A DNA stretch of 64,000 nt from positions 100,332 to 164,331 of IMG/VR virus record IMGVR_UViG_3300035181_002522, one strand, 5' to 3'. Below, piece by piece: positions 50,154 to 60,682 of the stretch. This stretch comes from a virus. The position numbers and the translations under genes were made by a program. The notes below the pieces were generated by a model. It was not told the DNA's origin. It searched no databases and saw only the letters and a list, made by a program, of their open reading frames with translations. Each line of letters opens with the position of its first letter. Within the stretch, counting starts at the first letter, position 1.

Positions 50154-51311
50154 ATGAAAATAGCAGAATTATTCGAAAATTATGAAACTGAAACCTTAGA
50201 AGAACACCTTGGCAACTTAGCCGTTGTTGATAAAAAATTCTTAAAGCTTTTAAAAACAGCGGTTGAATATAAGTACAATGGCAATAATGCACAAATGCAA
50301 AGCAAGTATGTCCAGCGTATGCCAGTTTACTTAGGTTCAAAATCAAAAGTCGATTCATACGAAACGAAATCTGGAGCTGAAGCTTATCGTCAATTAGTTG
50401 AAGATGATACCGCAAAAGCTATCGTCATCAACCATGATACTGAACAGGTTTTTGTGGCATTCAAAATTCCAGCTGACAATAGTAGAGAAAATTTTGCTTA
50501 TCTTTGGACTGCCGACATTGTTCATTTGCTTGGTCACTCAGAGCATAATGAACAATTTGAAGAAGCTAAAGCCAAGCTAGAAAAAGCAAAAATTAAAGCT
50601 TATGATAGTCCAACTGATGGTATAGTTCGTGGGAATGCTAAAGAGCTCTACGCAGCATTGACAACAATTTTTAAACTTTCTAAAGAGCTTGGACATAAGA
50701 CCGTTGATTTACATGTTATCCATGTTGATGAAGAAAGAGCTGCTACTAAAATACAGCGAGCTGCACGTAAGAAAACCCCAAACTGGTTTGAGCAAATTCC
50801 AGCTGAAATTCCAGTAAGATTAAAAAAAGATAAAGAGTTTTGGAGCAAATATGCTAAAGATGCTTTACAGTCTCGTTTGATTGATTTTAAGACGAACAAT
50901 GCTAAGGAAGCAAATACCCCAGAAGAAATGTTTAAATTGATACAAAACCATGGGTTTTTGGATAGAATAAAAGTGAATGGTTTTGTGTACAGGGTTGATT
51001 CAAGTAATTTACAATTTGACAGATTGATTAAAGCAGCTCGTGGAACAGCGGAAGAAAAAAGCCGTTATAAAGATGATAATTATATCGAATATGGTATGGA
51101 TTATCTTAATTCTGAAAATGACATAAAACAAGCTAAAATTAAAAAGCAGCTTGAAATAATGACAAAAGGTGATAAAGACCGTATGAAACAGCTTGCTAGT
51201 CAATATTTACCACCTTACAAAATTAAAGTTTATTTAAAATTAGATAAAGCTTCTATCGTTGTTGACCATGTAGATGCTGATAAGTGGATTCGCAAATTAA
51301 ATATCAAATAA
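50154..51311 (+). CDS. Late protein, possible internal head protein
   Basis: TAAATA at 50110; MKIAELFE...TLEE propeptide-like N-terminus. Confidence 0.7.
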   Translation: MKIAELFENYETETLEEHLGNLAVVDKKFLKLLKTAVEYKYNGNNAQMQSKYVQRMPVYLGSKSKVDSYETKSGAEAYRQLVEDDTAKAIVINHDTEQVFVAFKIPADNSRENFAYLWTADIVHLLGHSEHNEQFEEAKAKLEKAKIKAYDSPTDGIVRGNAKELYAALTTIFKLSKELGHKTVDLHVIHVDEERAATKIQRAARKKTPNWFEQIPAEIPVRLKKDKEFWSKYAKDALQSRLIDFKTNNAKEANTPEEMFKLIQNHGFLDRIKVNGFVYRVDSSNLQFDRLIKAARGTAEEKSRYKDDNYIEYGMDYLNSENDIKQAKIKKQLEIMTKGDKDRMKQLASQYLPPYKIKVYLKLDKASIVVDHVDADKWIRKLNIK

Positions 51312-51890
51312 TAAATTTAAACAAAAACCTTTATATCTAAATTTCCATGCTTAAGAATTGTTCAGCAAACAGATTTTTCTTGGGAGTTAAGTACACTTAT
51401 TGTCGCCGATAAAGTATTAAAAGACTATTTCGGCGACAATATTGAAATCATAATTAATGATGAAATGACTTACATTTACGTAGATTATTTCTTTGATGAA
51501 TTTAACTGTTCGTCAAAGAAATTAATCTCCATTGAAATACAGGTACAAGAATTATTGAGATTGAACAACTGTTCATCTTCTATTATTTTCAATGGCATGC
51601 CGGCTGAAAAGTTTAAATTGGATTCTTGTCGAATGCTTTCTATACACATACCGGATGAGCCAACGTCAATTAGTAAATTGAACGAATGTAACGTACTAAC
51701 CATTATTAATGCTCATCAGATATTAGGTGGTGTTTTAAGCATCTTGAAGATTAAAAATTTAGTCTCATTTACTGGTAATCGAACTGATTTTCCATGGATT
51801 GAAATTATTCAGCAATATGATTCATCAACAATTTCACAAGCGTAAACTGCTCTCTTTAATACTAGGTTTGGAAAGTTAATAACTCTATGA
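51310..51890 (+). pseudogene. Array paralogue 4 with nonsense codon in the C-terminal tag
   Basis: GGVLSILKIKNL motif; ISQA*TALFNTRFGKLITL* with TAA at the conserved Gln; start lost. Confidence 0.7.
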
Positions 51891-52084
51891 CTATAACCTA
51901 TGTCCCGTTCTGTTTCATGCCAGGGCATACAATTAATGCAATTGTAAGGGCAAAGAACTTTTATGTTGAAGGTGAGAAACTTGAAGAGCTAATCCAATTG
52001 TTTAATGAAGCAAATGATTTTGAAGTTCCTAAATTAGGTAAAAGTTACTTGGTGCCAGTAGATGACGACCTTAAACCAACTTAG
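51887..52084 (+). CDS. Small LysM-like protein
   Basis: PGHTINAIV...N...PKLGKSYLVP. Confidence 0.45.
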   Translation: MTITYVPFCFMPGHTINAIVRAKNFYVEGEKLEELIQLFNEANDFEVPKLGKSYLVPVDDDLKPT

Positions 52085-52736
52085 TCATGTAGATTATCCG
52101 TGTCTTAATATTATTTTTTCGTTGACTGAACGAAATTGTATATCTTATACTATGCAACCGTTGGGCGCAATCATTAAATTGATTGATGAAACTCTAAAAA
52201 AAGAAATTCCTAACTATAAATTCTCCGTTGGATTTGATGGTTTAGATAATTTAAGAGTTTTATATCATTTGACTCGTGAAAATGAGTGTGATTCTATCAA
52301 TTTGACTGATGTGCGAGCTGAACTTGTCAATGTGATTTATAAATTAATGGAAACATTATTTGTTGATGTAGCTGATTTTACGATTAAAGATACTTACATT
52401 TCTATGTTTTCTATTGTTCAATATAAAATTAACTATGAAAAAATAGTTTTCTTTGCTTGTGGTATGCACGGAATTTCACTTTCTGGTTTGCATAATTTTA
52501 TCGACTGCACCGTGCTTAAAATAATAACTCCTGGTAATGTCACTGGCGGAGTTTTATCGTTGTTGAAAATACCAAGCCTTCAAGCAATGTCTTTCGACAT
52601 CTTCAATTATGATGATAATCCCGAACTTATGCAGTGGACTTCTATCATTTCTTCAGAGCTTGCAGGAGAAAAAAATGTGGCAAGAGCTCAAACTCAATTG
52701 CTACGCGCTGGTCTAAAAAAGTTCGCTACTCTATAA
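52062..52736 (+). CDS. Array paralogue 5
   Basis: ISLSGLH, GGVLSLLKI, C-terminus AQTQLLRAGLKKFATL. Confidence 0.85.
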   Translation: MTTLNQLSHVDYPCLNIIFSLTERNCISYTMQPLGAIIKLIDETLKKEIPNYKFSVGFDGLDNLRVLYHLTRENECDSINLTDVRAELVNVIYKLMETLFVDVADFTIKDTYISMFSIVQYKINYEKIVFFACGMHGISLSGLHNFIDCTVLKIITPGNVTGGVLSLLKIPSLQAMSFDIFNYDDNPELMQWTSIISSELAGEKNVARAQTQLLRAGLKKFATL

Positions 52737-52793
52737 CAATTCGTTAATTTCTATTAAATATTCAATTAGCAATACACACAAGTCTAATTGGAT

Positions 52794-53450
52794 ATGTCAA
52801 TCTCATTCAAACAATTTTTAACTGAAGCTGGCGAGCCAGAGGTATCTTTAACAATACATTTTGCTCCAGGCGAATCAAAATTCAAAATACTAACAACAGA
52901 AAAAGATGAGCGTAGAGATGAACTTGAAGCTGCCATTAGTCAACTCGGCTTTAAAGTTGATGTCAACTATTTTGGTGCTGACGCTATTGAATTAAGTGTA
53001 TTAATGCTTAAAGAAGAATTTTATACTGATCCAGTTAAAATACAAGCCTTCATTAATGAAATAAAACAATATTGCGAATTGCATTTTGGCTCATCAAAAA
53101 GACCTATCATTAATGATGAATCTTCTTGGTCAATTTTAAAATTTACGACACTTCCTTCTAAATTAGTCGTCTGGGATTATATTGAAGTTGCTCCACACAT
53201 CACTAAATCAATATCTTTGTCTGGTATATATAAAGTACTTCAACCAAAAGAAACACTACTTATTGCACATTTACATGCAATTGATGATTCTATATTAGGA
53301 CTGTTTAAATTTGATAAAGAAATTGACATTTATCTAAATGGTAATAGTACCTGGTCTACAATAGTTAGAAAATATCTAAAAACTCGAGATATTACAAAAT
53401 GTCAAACCGAACTCATGAAAAATGGACTTAAACAATATGCAAAACTTTAG
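52794..53450 (+). CDS. Array paralogue 6
   Basis: MSISFKQFLTE; C-terminus CQTELMKNGLKQYAKL. Confidence 0.88.
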   Translation: MSISFKQFLTEAGEPEVSLTIHFAPGESKFKILTTEKDERRDELEAAISQLGFKVDVNYFGADAIELSVLMLKEEFYTDPVKIQAFINEIKQYCELHFGSSKRPIINDESSWSILKFTTLPSKLVVWDYIEVAPHITKSISLSGIYKVLQPKETLLIAHLHAIDDSILGLFKFDKEIDIYLNGNSTWSTIVRKYLKTRDITKCQTELMKNGLKQYAKL

Positions 53451-54123
53451 GGAATATTACGAATCAGAAGTAGAATATGGAAAGCTCTTTTATAGCATCC
53501 AATTCTTTGTTAATGTCAAATTACAATCTTTAACTGCTGCTGCCGGACAACGTGAAAATTTAGCAGTAATAAGAAACCAAATTAAAAATGCCCTTAAAGA
53601 GGTTGGTTTAGCAAGAGATACTTTTAGCTCGAATGATACTAATAAGCAATCTTTTTTTACACTAGATGTAAAGTTAGAAAATAAAAAATGGTCAAAGGCT
53701 GAATTACTAGCAGTTAAAGAGAAAACAATTAAGGCAATAAAATCTGTTCCGCAATTCAAAGACAAAGAATTTGAATTTGATAGCGACTGTATAGTTGTCA
53801 CTGGGACTTTGCATCCTAGTTCTAGTATTGAATGGGATAATGTTGATTTGGTTTATACTACTAATGAAATTTCTTTAGTTAATATTGACAAACAACTTAA
53901 AAATGTCAAACACTTGAAGATATTTTTATCATCATCTGTTTCCGTATTAGAAGGTGGTTTAGGTATCTTAAAGATGACATCTTTAAAGAGCTTCATTATT
54001 GAACTGCCAAGACCACCAGAATGGTTGAAAATAATAAAAGCACATTTTGACGCTGATAAAAATATTAGTAAAGCGCAAACTGAATTATTTAAAAACGGAT
54101 TTAAAGAATATGCAAAGCTTTAA
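53437..54123 (+). CDS. Array paralogue 7
   Basis: MQNFREYYESE; C-terminus AQTELFKNGFKEYAKL; 14-nt overlap with previous gene. Confidence 0.88.
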   Translation: MQNFREYYESEVEYGKLFYSIQFFVNVKLQSLTAAAGQRENLAVIRNQIKNALKEVGLARDTFSSNDTNKQSFFTLDVKLENKKWSKAELLAVKEKTIKAIKSVPQFKDKEFEFDSDCIVVTGTLHPSSSIEWDNVDLVYTTNEISLVNIDKQLKNVKHLKIFLSSSVSVLEGGLGILKMTSLKSFIIELPRPPEWLKIIKAHFDADKNISKAQTELFKNGFKEYAKL

Positions 54124-54751
54124 GCAATTCCTACAAGAAGAAATGAAACCAAGTGTCGTATTATTTTTAGAGCTAAGTATTAATCTTGCACTCTCAGAAA
54201 ATGCTAGTAAGTGGGAAAAAATGATTAAGACTTTATTGACTCCCAAATTCAAAGTTCAAAAAGTAACACTAACTGGTCAAAATAATAGTGTGGTGGTGCT
54301 CTTAGATGAAAGCAATAAGCATTTTACATCAGCAGAAGTTTATAAAATAGCAAAAGAAGTAAAAGAAGAATTAATTTATGATGCATCTATTGGCAGTAAA
54401 TTTCCAGAAGCTCCACTCTCTGAAATTAAACTAATAGTCAAAAATACTTTACCAAAAAATGTGACGTTAGAATTTAATACAATCTTATTGAATTTTCATG
54501 AAGCAACAAATGTTTCGTTATTGGGAATTCATGATCAATTAAAAACTGACAATGTTCACATAATTGATGTATCATCTGTTACTTCAGGTGGTTTAGGCTT
54601 AATGAAATTTAAAAAGCTGACGATTAACACATCTGGAAAGCAACCTAGTTGGGTTACCATTATAGAAAACTGCCATAAAGAAGGCAAATCGATTGCAGCG
54701 TGTCAAACAGAATTAATGAAAAATGGATTTAAAGAATATGCAAAGCTTTAA
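54110..54751 (+). CDS. Array paralogue 8
   Basis: MQSFKQFLQEE; C-terminus CQTELMKNGFKEYAKL; 14-nt overlap. Confidence 0.88.
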   Translation: MQSFKQFLQEEMKPSVVLFLELSINLALSENASKWEKMIKTLLTPKFKVQKVTLTGQNNSVVVLLDESNKHFTSAEVYKIAKEVKEELIYDASIGSKFPEAPLSEIKLIVKNTLPKNVTLEFNTILLNFHEATNVSLLGIHDQLKTDNVHIIDVSSVTSGGLGLMKFKKLTINTSGKQPSWVTIIENCHKEGKSIAACQTELMKNGFKEYAKL

Positions 54752-55499
54752 GCAATTTCTTGTAGAAAATAAAATGCCAGTTAATTCAGCGCCTTGGCAT
54801 TTAAAAACTGAAGAAGAAGTTGCTAAATTTGTCATTGATAGAAATTTACATGAAGATGGTTTCCATTCTACTTTTATTCGAAATGAAGATGGCTCATATG
54901 ACATAAAGCAATCTATAACTTTAATGCTCAATGATAATTATTTTGTAGACATTCCAGGTGGTGGGAAAGGTTTACCTTTCCCTTTTCATAGATGTCGCGA
55001 TTTTTATATTGGTGGCAATATCACAGATTTGACTGGTTTCCCTCAACACTTAGATAAAATCACCACGGTACTAATCAATGCGCCAAAGTTGAAATCATTA
55101 AAGCCTGTCCAAATTAAAACTCCAATTAACAGCATATCATTTAACTGCAATCACCTTGAAGAGTTTGGCGCATCAATTGCTATGGTTGACAGTGTTTATT
55201 TTACTGCAAATTTGATACAATTAGCTACAATGGATATTATAAAAGGTTTTACTTGCATAAATAAATCAGTTACGTTTAGCAATGAACCAGCATTCGAATC
55301 ATTTATTAAACATACTCTTACTTGGTGTAAATTAAAAGACTCGTCTGGTCATCGACCAGCATTTCATACTCTTGGCATTGCTGGCTCTACAGATGCATTT
55401 AGTGCACTTGATGTTATTAATGCGAATAGAGATAAAAACATTTCACAGCTTCAAACTTTCTTATTAAAAAACGGTCTTAAAGAATATACAAACTTATAA
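54738..55499 (+). CDS. Array paralogue 9
   Basis: MQSFKQFLVE; C-terminus LQTFLLKNGLKEYTNL; 14-nt overlap. Confidence 0.88.
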   Translation: MQSFKQFLVENKMPVNSAPWHLKTEEEVAKFVIDRNLHEDGFHSTFIRNEDGSYDIKQSITLMLNDNYFVDIPGGGKGLPFPFHRCRDFYIGGNITDLTGFPQHLDKITTVLINAPKLKSLKPVQIKTPINSISFNCNHLEEFGASIAMVDSVYFTANLIQLATMDIIKGFTCINKSVTFSNEPAFESFIKHTLTWCKLKDSSGHRPAFHTLGIAGSTDAFSALDVINANRDKNISQLQTFLLKNGLKEYTNL

Positions 55500-55718
55500 T
55501 GTTGACAAATAAAGATGAGATAAAGCAGTACTTAACCCTCCTAAAGGCTGGTCATTAGGTTTTCTTCGAATCGAAGGTACCTTTCTTCTCAAAAAGACTT
55601 CATCTAAAGCAAGTGTCGATCTGCAAAGAGCAACGATCATTTAATATGTGGACGTAATGTTGGTAAATGTCAATTAGACCTTTTTAAAAATGGCTTGAAA
55701 CAATTCGCTTCATTATAA
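55500..55718 (+). pseudogene. Array paralogue 10 remnant
   Basis: Manual translation ends RNVGKCQLDLFKNGLKQFASL*. Confidence 0.7.
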
Positions 55719-55757
55719 ATATCTTCATCCAAGCTTAACTCTATTGAAGAATATTAC

Positions 55758-57479
55758 ATGGAACTGAATCAATTAAGACAAATCACCGGCGTATCTTTCG
55801 CCCCAACCGTTCAACAACCAATCATTGTATTTGAAGACATTGAGCTGCCAACTGATTTAGTTGAAGTTCTCAGCGACTTTGCAATTGAGCTCCAAGCTAT
55901 TAGCATGTTAACTGAAGATATTCAATTAAGTTATAAGCAGATTGACCAGTTATTTCAAGATATCGAAAGTTATTTAAATAGTGATGATACCCGCGTTTCA
56001 AATAAAACTTTTTGGGGTCGTGGCATTGAAGCAATTAAGCGCAAGTTAAAGACTTTATTCGATTTAAAAGACAAAGCTAAAGTTGGACCAGTTAAAAATT
56101 ATGATAAAGTTAAAGTTGAAGCTGATAGTAAGATTGAAAAAGCTAATTTGCCACAAGAACAGCAAAATATGGCTCTTAAAACAATAGACACTCTTTATAA
56201 AGCTGGAAAACTTCACCCGTTTGCTCAAAAGTTTACAACTCAGCTCATTGGTGGTTTAGTAGCTTCTACGACATCGACAAATGCAGTAAGAAAGATTGTT
56301 ATTCCTGCCATTACTAATCAAACAAGAAAATTATTAAATGATGAATCTGGTTTAAATGGTTTAATTGAGCTTTTATTTACCGAAGCTGAAGGTCAATTGT
56401 CTGATACTTTGACAACTTTTGATGAAGTACACGCTAAATCAACAATAAAAGAAGCATTTGAAGATAACACACAATTAGCAAAAGCGATTCATAAGTATTC
56501 TAAGAAAATTGCTATTGCAACTGAAAAAGTAAAAGATAAAGTCGTTATTTCATCAATCTTTGCCTATCAGTCAGGTGATAAAATGTGGGAAGCAGCTAGA
56601 AAGAAAGCAGAACGTTCTGATAATAAGTTCTTTGTTTGGAAAAATGGCGTCTATTACGCAGGTGATGTGCAAGACATTATGGAATTAACCTTTGAACAGG
56701 TTGCTGAAAAGGTTAAAGGAATGACTGGTTCAATTTCAGAATCAATTGAACTAAATGAAAACTTTATCACGGACTTCTTTGGAAAGCTTAAAGATAAAGT
56801 TAAAAGTTGGCAAGCTAAAAAAGGTGATACCAACAATTTTTCTAGCATCATTACGTATGATAAGATTGAAAGAGCTTGGGTTAAAGCAGGTAAACCTCGT
56901 GACCTGACTGAATTACAAGATTTTTTAAGTGGTTATTTGACTAAAGCTTACGGGTCAAGTCATCATCTTGCAATTCATACAATGTTAGATAATTTCTTTG
57001 AGGAACTCCGAGATAAACTTGATGGAAAACAGCCTAATAAAGCTAATGCTGAAGAATCAAGTACAACTGATAAAGAAACTGATTCAACTGATAGTGAGCA
57101 AGAGACAACATCTACTCCGGCTGGCGCAAGCAAAGAGTTTCACCCAAGTGAAAATGATGAGGCAACTGATTCTTCCGCAACAGAAGAACCGGCTGACGTA
57201 GAATTGTCTAATGATGAAAAATCAATCTTAAAGCAGCTTTTTTATGCAATTAAGAAAGGTGCGGTTGATAAAACTTTAGCTCAAAATCCTCACAAACAAA
57301 AAGTGCTTATGAAAGCTTTACCTAAACTTTACGCAAAGCATGGAGTAGAGCTAAAAGAAGATATAAGTCAATTCAGCAAAACAATGATATTAGAGACAAT
57401 AAGAACTAAAGCTGGGTTACCAAGTACCGAACATTCTAAGCTGTTAGCAATCTTAGAAAGAGAAGTAAAATTCTTTTAG
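55758..57479 (+). CDS. Large late protein, possible internal head protein
   Basis: TATAAATA at 55714; several L/I-x-E sites (LTE, IKE, LNE, LKE); acidic linker. Confidence 0.7.
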   Translation: MELNQLRQITGVSFAPTVQQPIIVFEDIELPTDLVEVLSDFAIELQAISMLTEDIQLSYKQIDQLFQDIESYLNSDDTRVSNKTFWGRGIEAIKRKLKTLFDLKDKAKVGPVKNYDKVKVEADSKIEKANLPQEQQNMALKTIDTLYKAGKLHPFAQKFTTQLIGGLVASTTSTNAVRKIVIPAITNQTRKLLNDESGLNGLIELLFTEAEGQLSDTLTTFDEVHAKSTIKEAFEDNTQLAKAIHKYSKKIAIATEKVKDKVVISSIFAYQSGDKMWEAARKKAERSDNKFFVWKNGVYYAGDVQDIMELTFEQVAEKVKGMTGSISESIELNENFITDFFGKLKDKVKSWQAKKGDTNNFSSIITYDKIERAWVKAGKPRDLTELQDFLSGYLTKAYGSSHHLAIHTMLDNFFEELRDKLDGKQPNKANAEESSTTDKETDSTDSEQETTSTPAGASKEFHPSENDEATDSSATEEPADVELSNDEKSILKQLFYAIKKGAVDKTLAQNPHKQKVLMKALPKLYAKHGVELKEDISQFSKTMILETIRTKAGLPSTEHSKLLAILEREVKFF

Positions 57480-57802
57480 CCTTTAGCTATATCATTTAAG
57501 AAATCAATTTCAACTTGTACTTTATTTCTTTCGAGTACAAGTTGATTTACGATTTGGTCGGTCATTAGCGGACCAAAAATCCTCGCGTAATAATTAAATT
57601 TCTCTCTGACATATCCTAGTTTTTCGCTTAAGTATTCATACTCAGCGATTGCTGCCATCAAACGTTCTTCAGTGTTCAAAATTTCCAAATTATCTCTCCT
57701 TGACAAAATGTCTCTATTTATTTGAAAAATTAGTTTTTTAAAACTCACTTTTATTGATATTTGGGTAATTAATGCTAAATAGCTATGACTAATTTTTAAC
57801 AT
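57476..57802 (-). CDS. Hypothetical protein (start uncertain)
   Basis: Stop overlaps the convergent gene; helical C-terminal half. Confidence 0.4.
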   Translation of the reverse strand: MLKISHSYLALITQISIKVSFKKLIFQINRDILSRRDNLEILNTEERLMAAIAEYEYLSEKLGYVREKFNYYARIFGPLMTDQIVNQLVLERNKVQVEIDFLNDIAKG

Positions 57803-57827
57803 TATATCACAATTTAAGGAGAAAAAT

Positions 57828-58454
57828 ATGGCTACTCTTAGTCAAGTGGGCATTCCAGGTTCTGGTAATGGCATTTTGCATCCCAAACATAAAAATCGCT
57901 TTCAATTGGTATTCCAAGGATTATCTACTGCTGGCACAAACTTAACCGCCCAGGTTGTTTCAACTAACCGTCCGCAATTAGAGTTTGAAGAAATTCAATT
58001 ACATCGTTATAACTCAGTTGCGTTTGTTGCTGGTAAACACCAATTCTCAGACTTGCAGATTACCATTGAAGATGATTTGACTGGCTTGGCTTCAATCGTT
58101 GTTCAACAACAATTAGAAAGACAACAACGTTTAATCGGTTCAGATAATGCAAATGGTAATTGGTTGAATGCAGCAGCTACCGCCTCAGCTTACAAATTTT
58201 CAGCTCGTTTAGAGATGTTAGATGGTAATGAAGTGGTTACTGAAAGCTGGCAATTAGAAGGTTGCTGGATTAAATCAGTTGAATACGGTGACCTTGATTA
58301 CTCAGCATCAGAAGCGGTCACAATATCACTGACTGTTCGTTATGACCATGCTTGGCAAATTCTTAACTCTGCCGCTAATGGTTCAGCTGGTAAACAAGCT
58401 ATTGCTGGTTTCCAAAGTTCAGCTCCAGATTTTTCAGCAACATCAGCTGGTTAA
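57828..58454 (+). CDS. Tail tube protein (T4 gp19-like)
   Basis: HPKHKNRFQLVF; RP...YNS...AGKH; W.LEGCWI..V.YGDLDY; LTVRYD. Confidence 0.9.
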   Translation: MATLSQVGIPGSGNGILHPKHKNRFQLVFQGLSTAGTNLTAQVVSTNRPQLEFEEIQLHRYNSVAFVAGKHQFSDLQITIEDDLTGLASIVVQQQLERQQRLIGSDNANGNWLNAAATASAYKFSARLEMLDGNEVVTESWQLEGCWIKSVEYGDLDYSASEAVTISLTVRYDHAWQILNSAANGSAGKQAIAGFQSSAPDFSATSAG

Positions 58455-58464
58455 ATTTGATAAT

Positions 58465-58488
58465 AAAGGCCCTTCATTGGGCCTTTAT
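58465..58488. terminator. Terminator hairpin
   Basis: TAAAGGCCC-TTCATT-GGGCCTTTA. Confidence 0.65.
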
Positions 58489-58534
58489 AGTATTCAAAGC
58501 ACGATGCATAAATAAACTAAAATAGGAGTTTTTT

Positions 58535-59686
58535 ATGACAGCAGTCGATTTTGGCAGCATTTTAAGTGGAGCAGGCGTTAACGCTCAGCAGCAGGTGTTT
58601 GATTCATTTGGGTTGGCAGTTGATCAATTCACTAATCGGTCTTTATCTGATTTTGTTGGTGGAGTGTCTGGTTCAAATGAAGGAGCCAACCCGTATATAC
58701 CTGGCGAATGGAATGGAACTAATTATGCTGAAGATTTAATCAAATATCAGCCGAAACATCACTTTATGTTTCGTGTTCTATTTGATGTTGACCCAGAATT
58801 TTCAAATTTGGTTCAAGGTCGTAAAGATGTTTTTCAATATGTCATTAAAAAAATTGGAAGACCAAAAATTAGCTTTGAGTATGAGCCTGTAAATTATTAC
58901 AATTTTAAAACACAGGTATTAAAGACAATTGATTTCGATCCAATCGATATTACCATGATTGATGATATTCAAGACACCTTTCATAACTTTGTAAGAACTT
59001 TCTTGATGTCACATTCGCCTATCGCAAGGTCTTGGAATAATAGTCAAAGTGTTAGCCAATTAGAAGAAGGTGGTTTCAATTTTTCAGATGCACCAAATGC
59101 TGGGCAAGATAGTGCTCTAAGAGGTGTGTTAGCTGGTGGTAAAATTAATCCGCTAAAATCAATTAGGTTGATTCAATATTTTGGACATGGTTCAGCTCAA
59201 AATACATTTGTATTTGTTAATCCAAAGATTTTAGACATCTCATACGATGAGGTTCACCATGAAAATGGTGAGCCAAACCATGCTTCAATTAGGTTTGATT
59301 ATGATGCTCTTTATATCGAAAATGCTGAACAAGCATATGGGAGATCACCATATGCTGTACCTGGTAGAGATATGTTCACTGGTATTACAAATGATTATAT
59401 TAGCAATGGAGACCCTTATTTTGATGGTTCATTAGGAGGGGGGTTAAGCTCGCTGTTTGGTGGCTTAAGAAGTTTAGGCGGTAATATTGCATCAACGATA
59501 TCGTCTCAAGCATTAAGTGGAGTATCAAACCCATATTTAAATAGAGCTTTAGGAAATATAAGCAGAAATACAATTTATAGCACAACGACATCATCAAGAA
59601 ATACTCTGTTTAGTACAATTAGCGGACCTGGTGTCAACTATAATGTCATCAATTCTAACAGCAATCCAATAACAATAGAGAATTAA
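58535..59686 (+). CDS. Tube-fold baseplate protein (gp48/gp54-like)
   Basis: PKHHFMFRVLF, RPKISFE...YYN, FVNPKI, IRFDYD; follows the tube gene. Confidence 0.7.
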   Translation: MTAVDFGSILSGAGVNAQQQVFDSFGLAVDQFTNRSLSDFVGGVSGSNEGANPYIPGEWNGTNYAEDLIKYQPKHHFMFRVLFDVDPEFSNLVQGRKDVFQYVIKKIGRPKISFEYEPVNYYNFKTQVLKTIDFDPIDITMIDDIQDTFHNFVRTFLMSHSPIARSWNNSQSVSQLEEGGFNFSDAPNAGQDSALRGVLAGGKINPLKSIRLIQYFGHGSAQNTFVFVNPKILDISYDEVHHENGEPNHASIRFDYDALYIENAEQAYGRSPYAVPGRDMFTGITNDYISNGDPYFDGSLGGGLSSLFGGLRSLGGNIASTISSQALSGVSNPYLNRALGNISRNTIYSTTTSSRNTLFSTISGPGVNYNVINSNSNPITIEN

Positions 59687-59687
59687 G

Positions 59688-60224
59688 ATGGCAAAAGGAA
59701 GATTTGTCCCAAAACACCCAGAAAAATATTTGGGAAATCCAAACAATATCATATTCAGAAGCTCTTGGGAGCTCTCATGTTGTAAATTTTTTGATAGCTC
59801 GAACGCCGTAACTCGTTGGGCTTCTGAAGAAATTGCGATACCATATGTCAGTCCGTTAGATGCCAGAATACATCGCTACTTTCCAGATTTTATCGCTAAG
59901 ATAACCGATTCTAGTGGAACGACCGACACTTGGTTAATTGAGGTTAAACCACTTCATCAAACTGATATGAAATATGCTAAAAATGTTCAACAAAAGATGG
60001 AGGTGGCAAAAAATGAAGCAAAGTGGAAAGCAGCAACAAACTTTGCTGCTTTAAATAATATGAAATTTAAAGTGCTTACTGAATTAGACATTTACGCTTT
60101 AGACCCTGATAGAGGAAAAGTAAAGCGAGCAAAACCTAGTAATGCGGCAAAAATTAAAGCTAGGAAGCCAAGAGCTAAAACGATAAAATCAACTACGGTT
60201 AGACCCAAGGAGAGTAAAAAATGA
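59688..60224 (+). CDS. Head completion nuclease (T4 gp4 / TnsA-like)
   Basis: GRFVPKHPEKYLG..IIFRSSWE; WASEEIAIPY; YFPDF; IEVKP; NEAKWKAA. Confidence 0.93.
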   Translation: MAKGRFVPKHPEKYLGNPNNIIFRSSWELSCCKFFDSSNAVTRWASEEIAIPYVSPLDARIHRYFPDFIAKITDSSGTTDTWLIEVKPLHQTDMKYAKNVQQKMEVAKNEAKWKAATNFAALNNMKFKVLTELDIYALDPDRGKVKRAKPSNAAKIKARKPRAKTIKSTTVRPKESKK

Positions 60225-60682
60225 CAACACTGACACACCCATTAGAAACTGTGTTTAATATAGCGCCAGGTTCAACAAAAAATTTACCTGCAGAGTATGA
60301 ATCCCAAAATCTTGCAGAATATACTGAGATTCCTGCTGAGGTAGTTGCCCAGGACCATAAGGATGACGCTGAGGACATTGATATTAATGATAAGATAGAA
60401 ACCATTTATGAATTTGCATTGACTGCCTATGAGAACCAGACCGCCTTTGCCGAGATAGCAGAACCACGCTATGCTGCTCGTAATGCTGAAGTAGCAGCTC
60501 AATACTTAAATGCAGCGTTAAGTGCGGTGGCATTGAAGTCAAGAAACAAGAGTGATAAGCGTAAAAGCAAGCAGTTTATTCCGTTTAACACGAACATCTC
60601 AAATAGCAATGTAGTTGTTACTGATCGAAACAGTATCATGCAAATGATCGCTGAAAAGAAAAAAATGCAAGAAGGTTCATAA
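60221..60682 (+). CDS. Probable terminase small subunit (T4 gp16-like)
   Basis: EPRYAARNAEVAAQYLNAA and NSNVVVTDRNSI; position after gp4. Confidence 0.55.
   Translation: MTTLTHPLETVFNIAPGSTKNLPAEYESQNLAEYTEIPAEVVAQDHKDDAEDIDINDKIETIYEFALTAYENQTAFAEIAEPRYAARNAEVAAQYLNAALSAVALKSRNKSDKRKSKQFIPFNTNISNSNVVVTDRNSIMQMIAEKKKMQEGS

Noticed and set aside
59688-60224. Tn7 TnsA transposase
   Set aside because: Motifs and synteny fit the T4 gp4 head completion protein; no other tns genes
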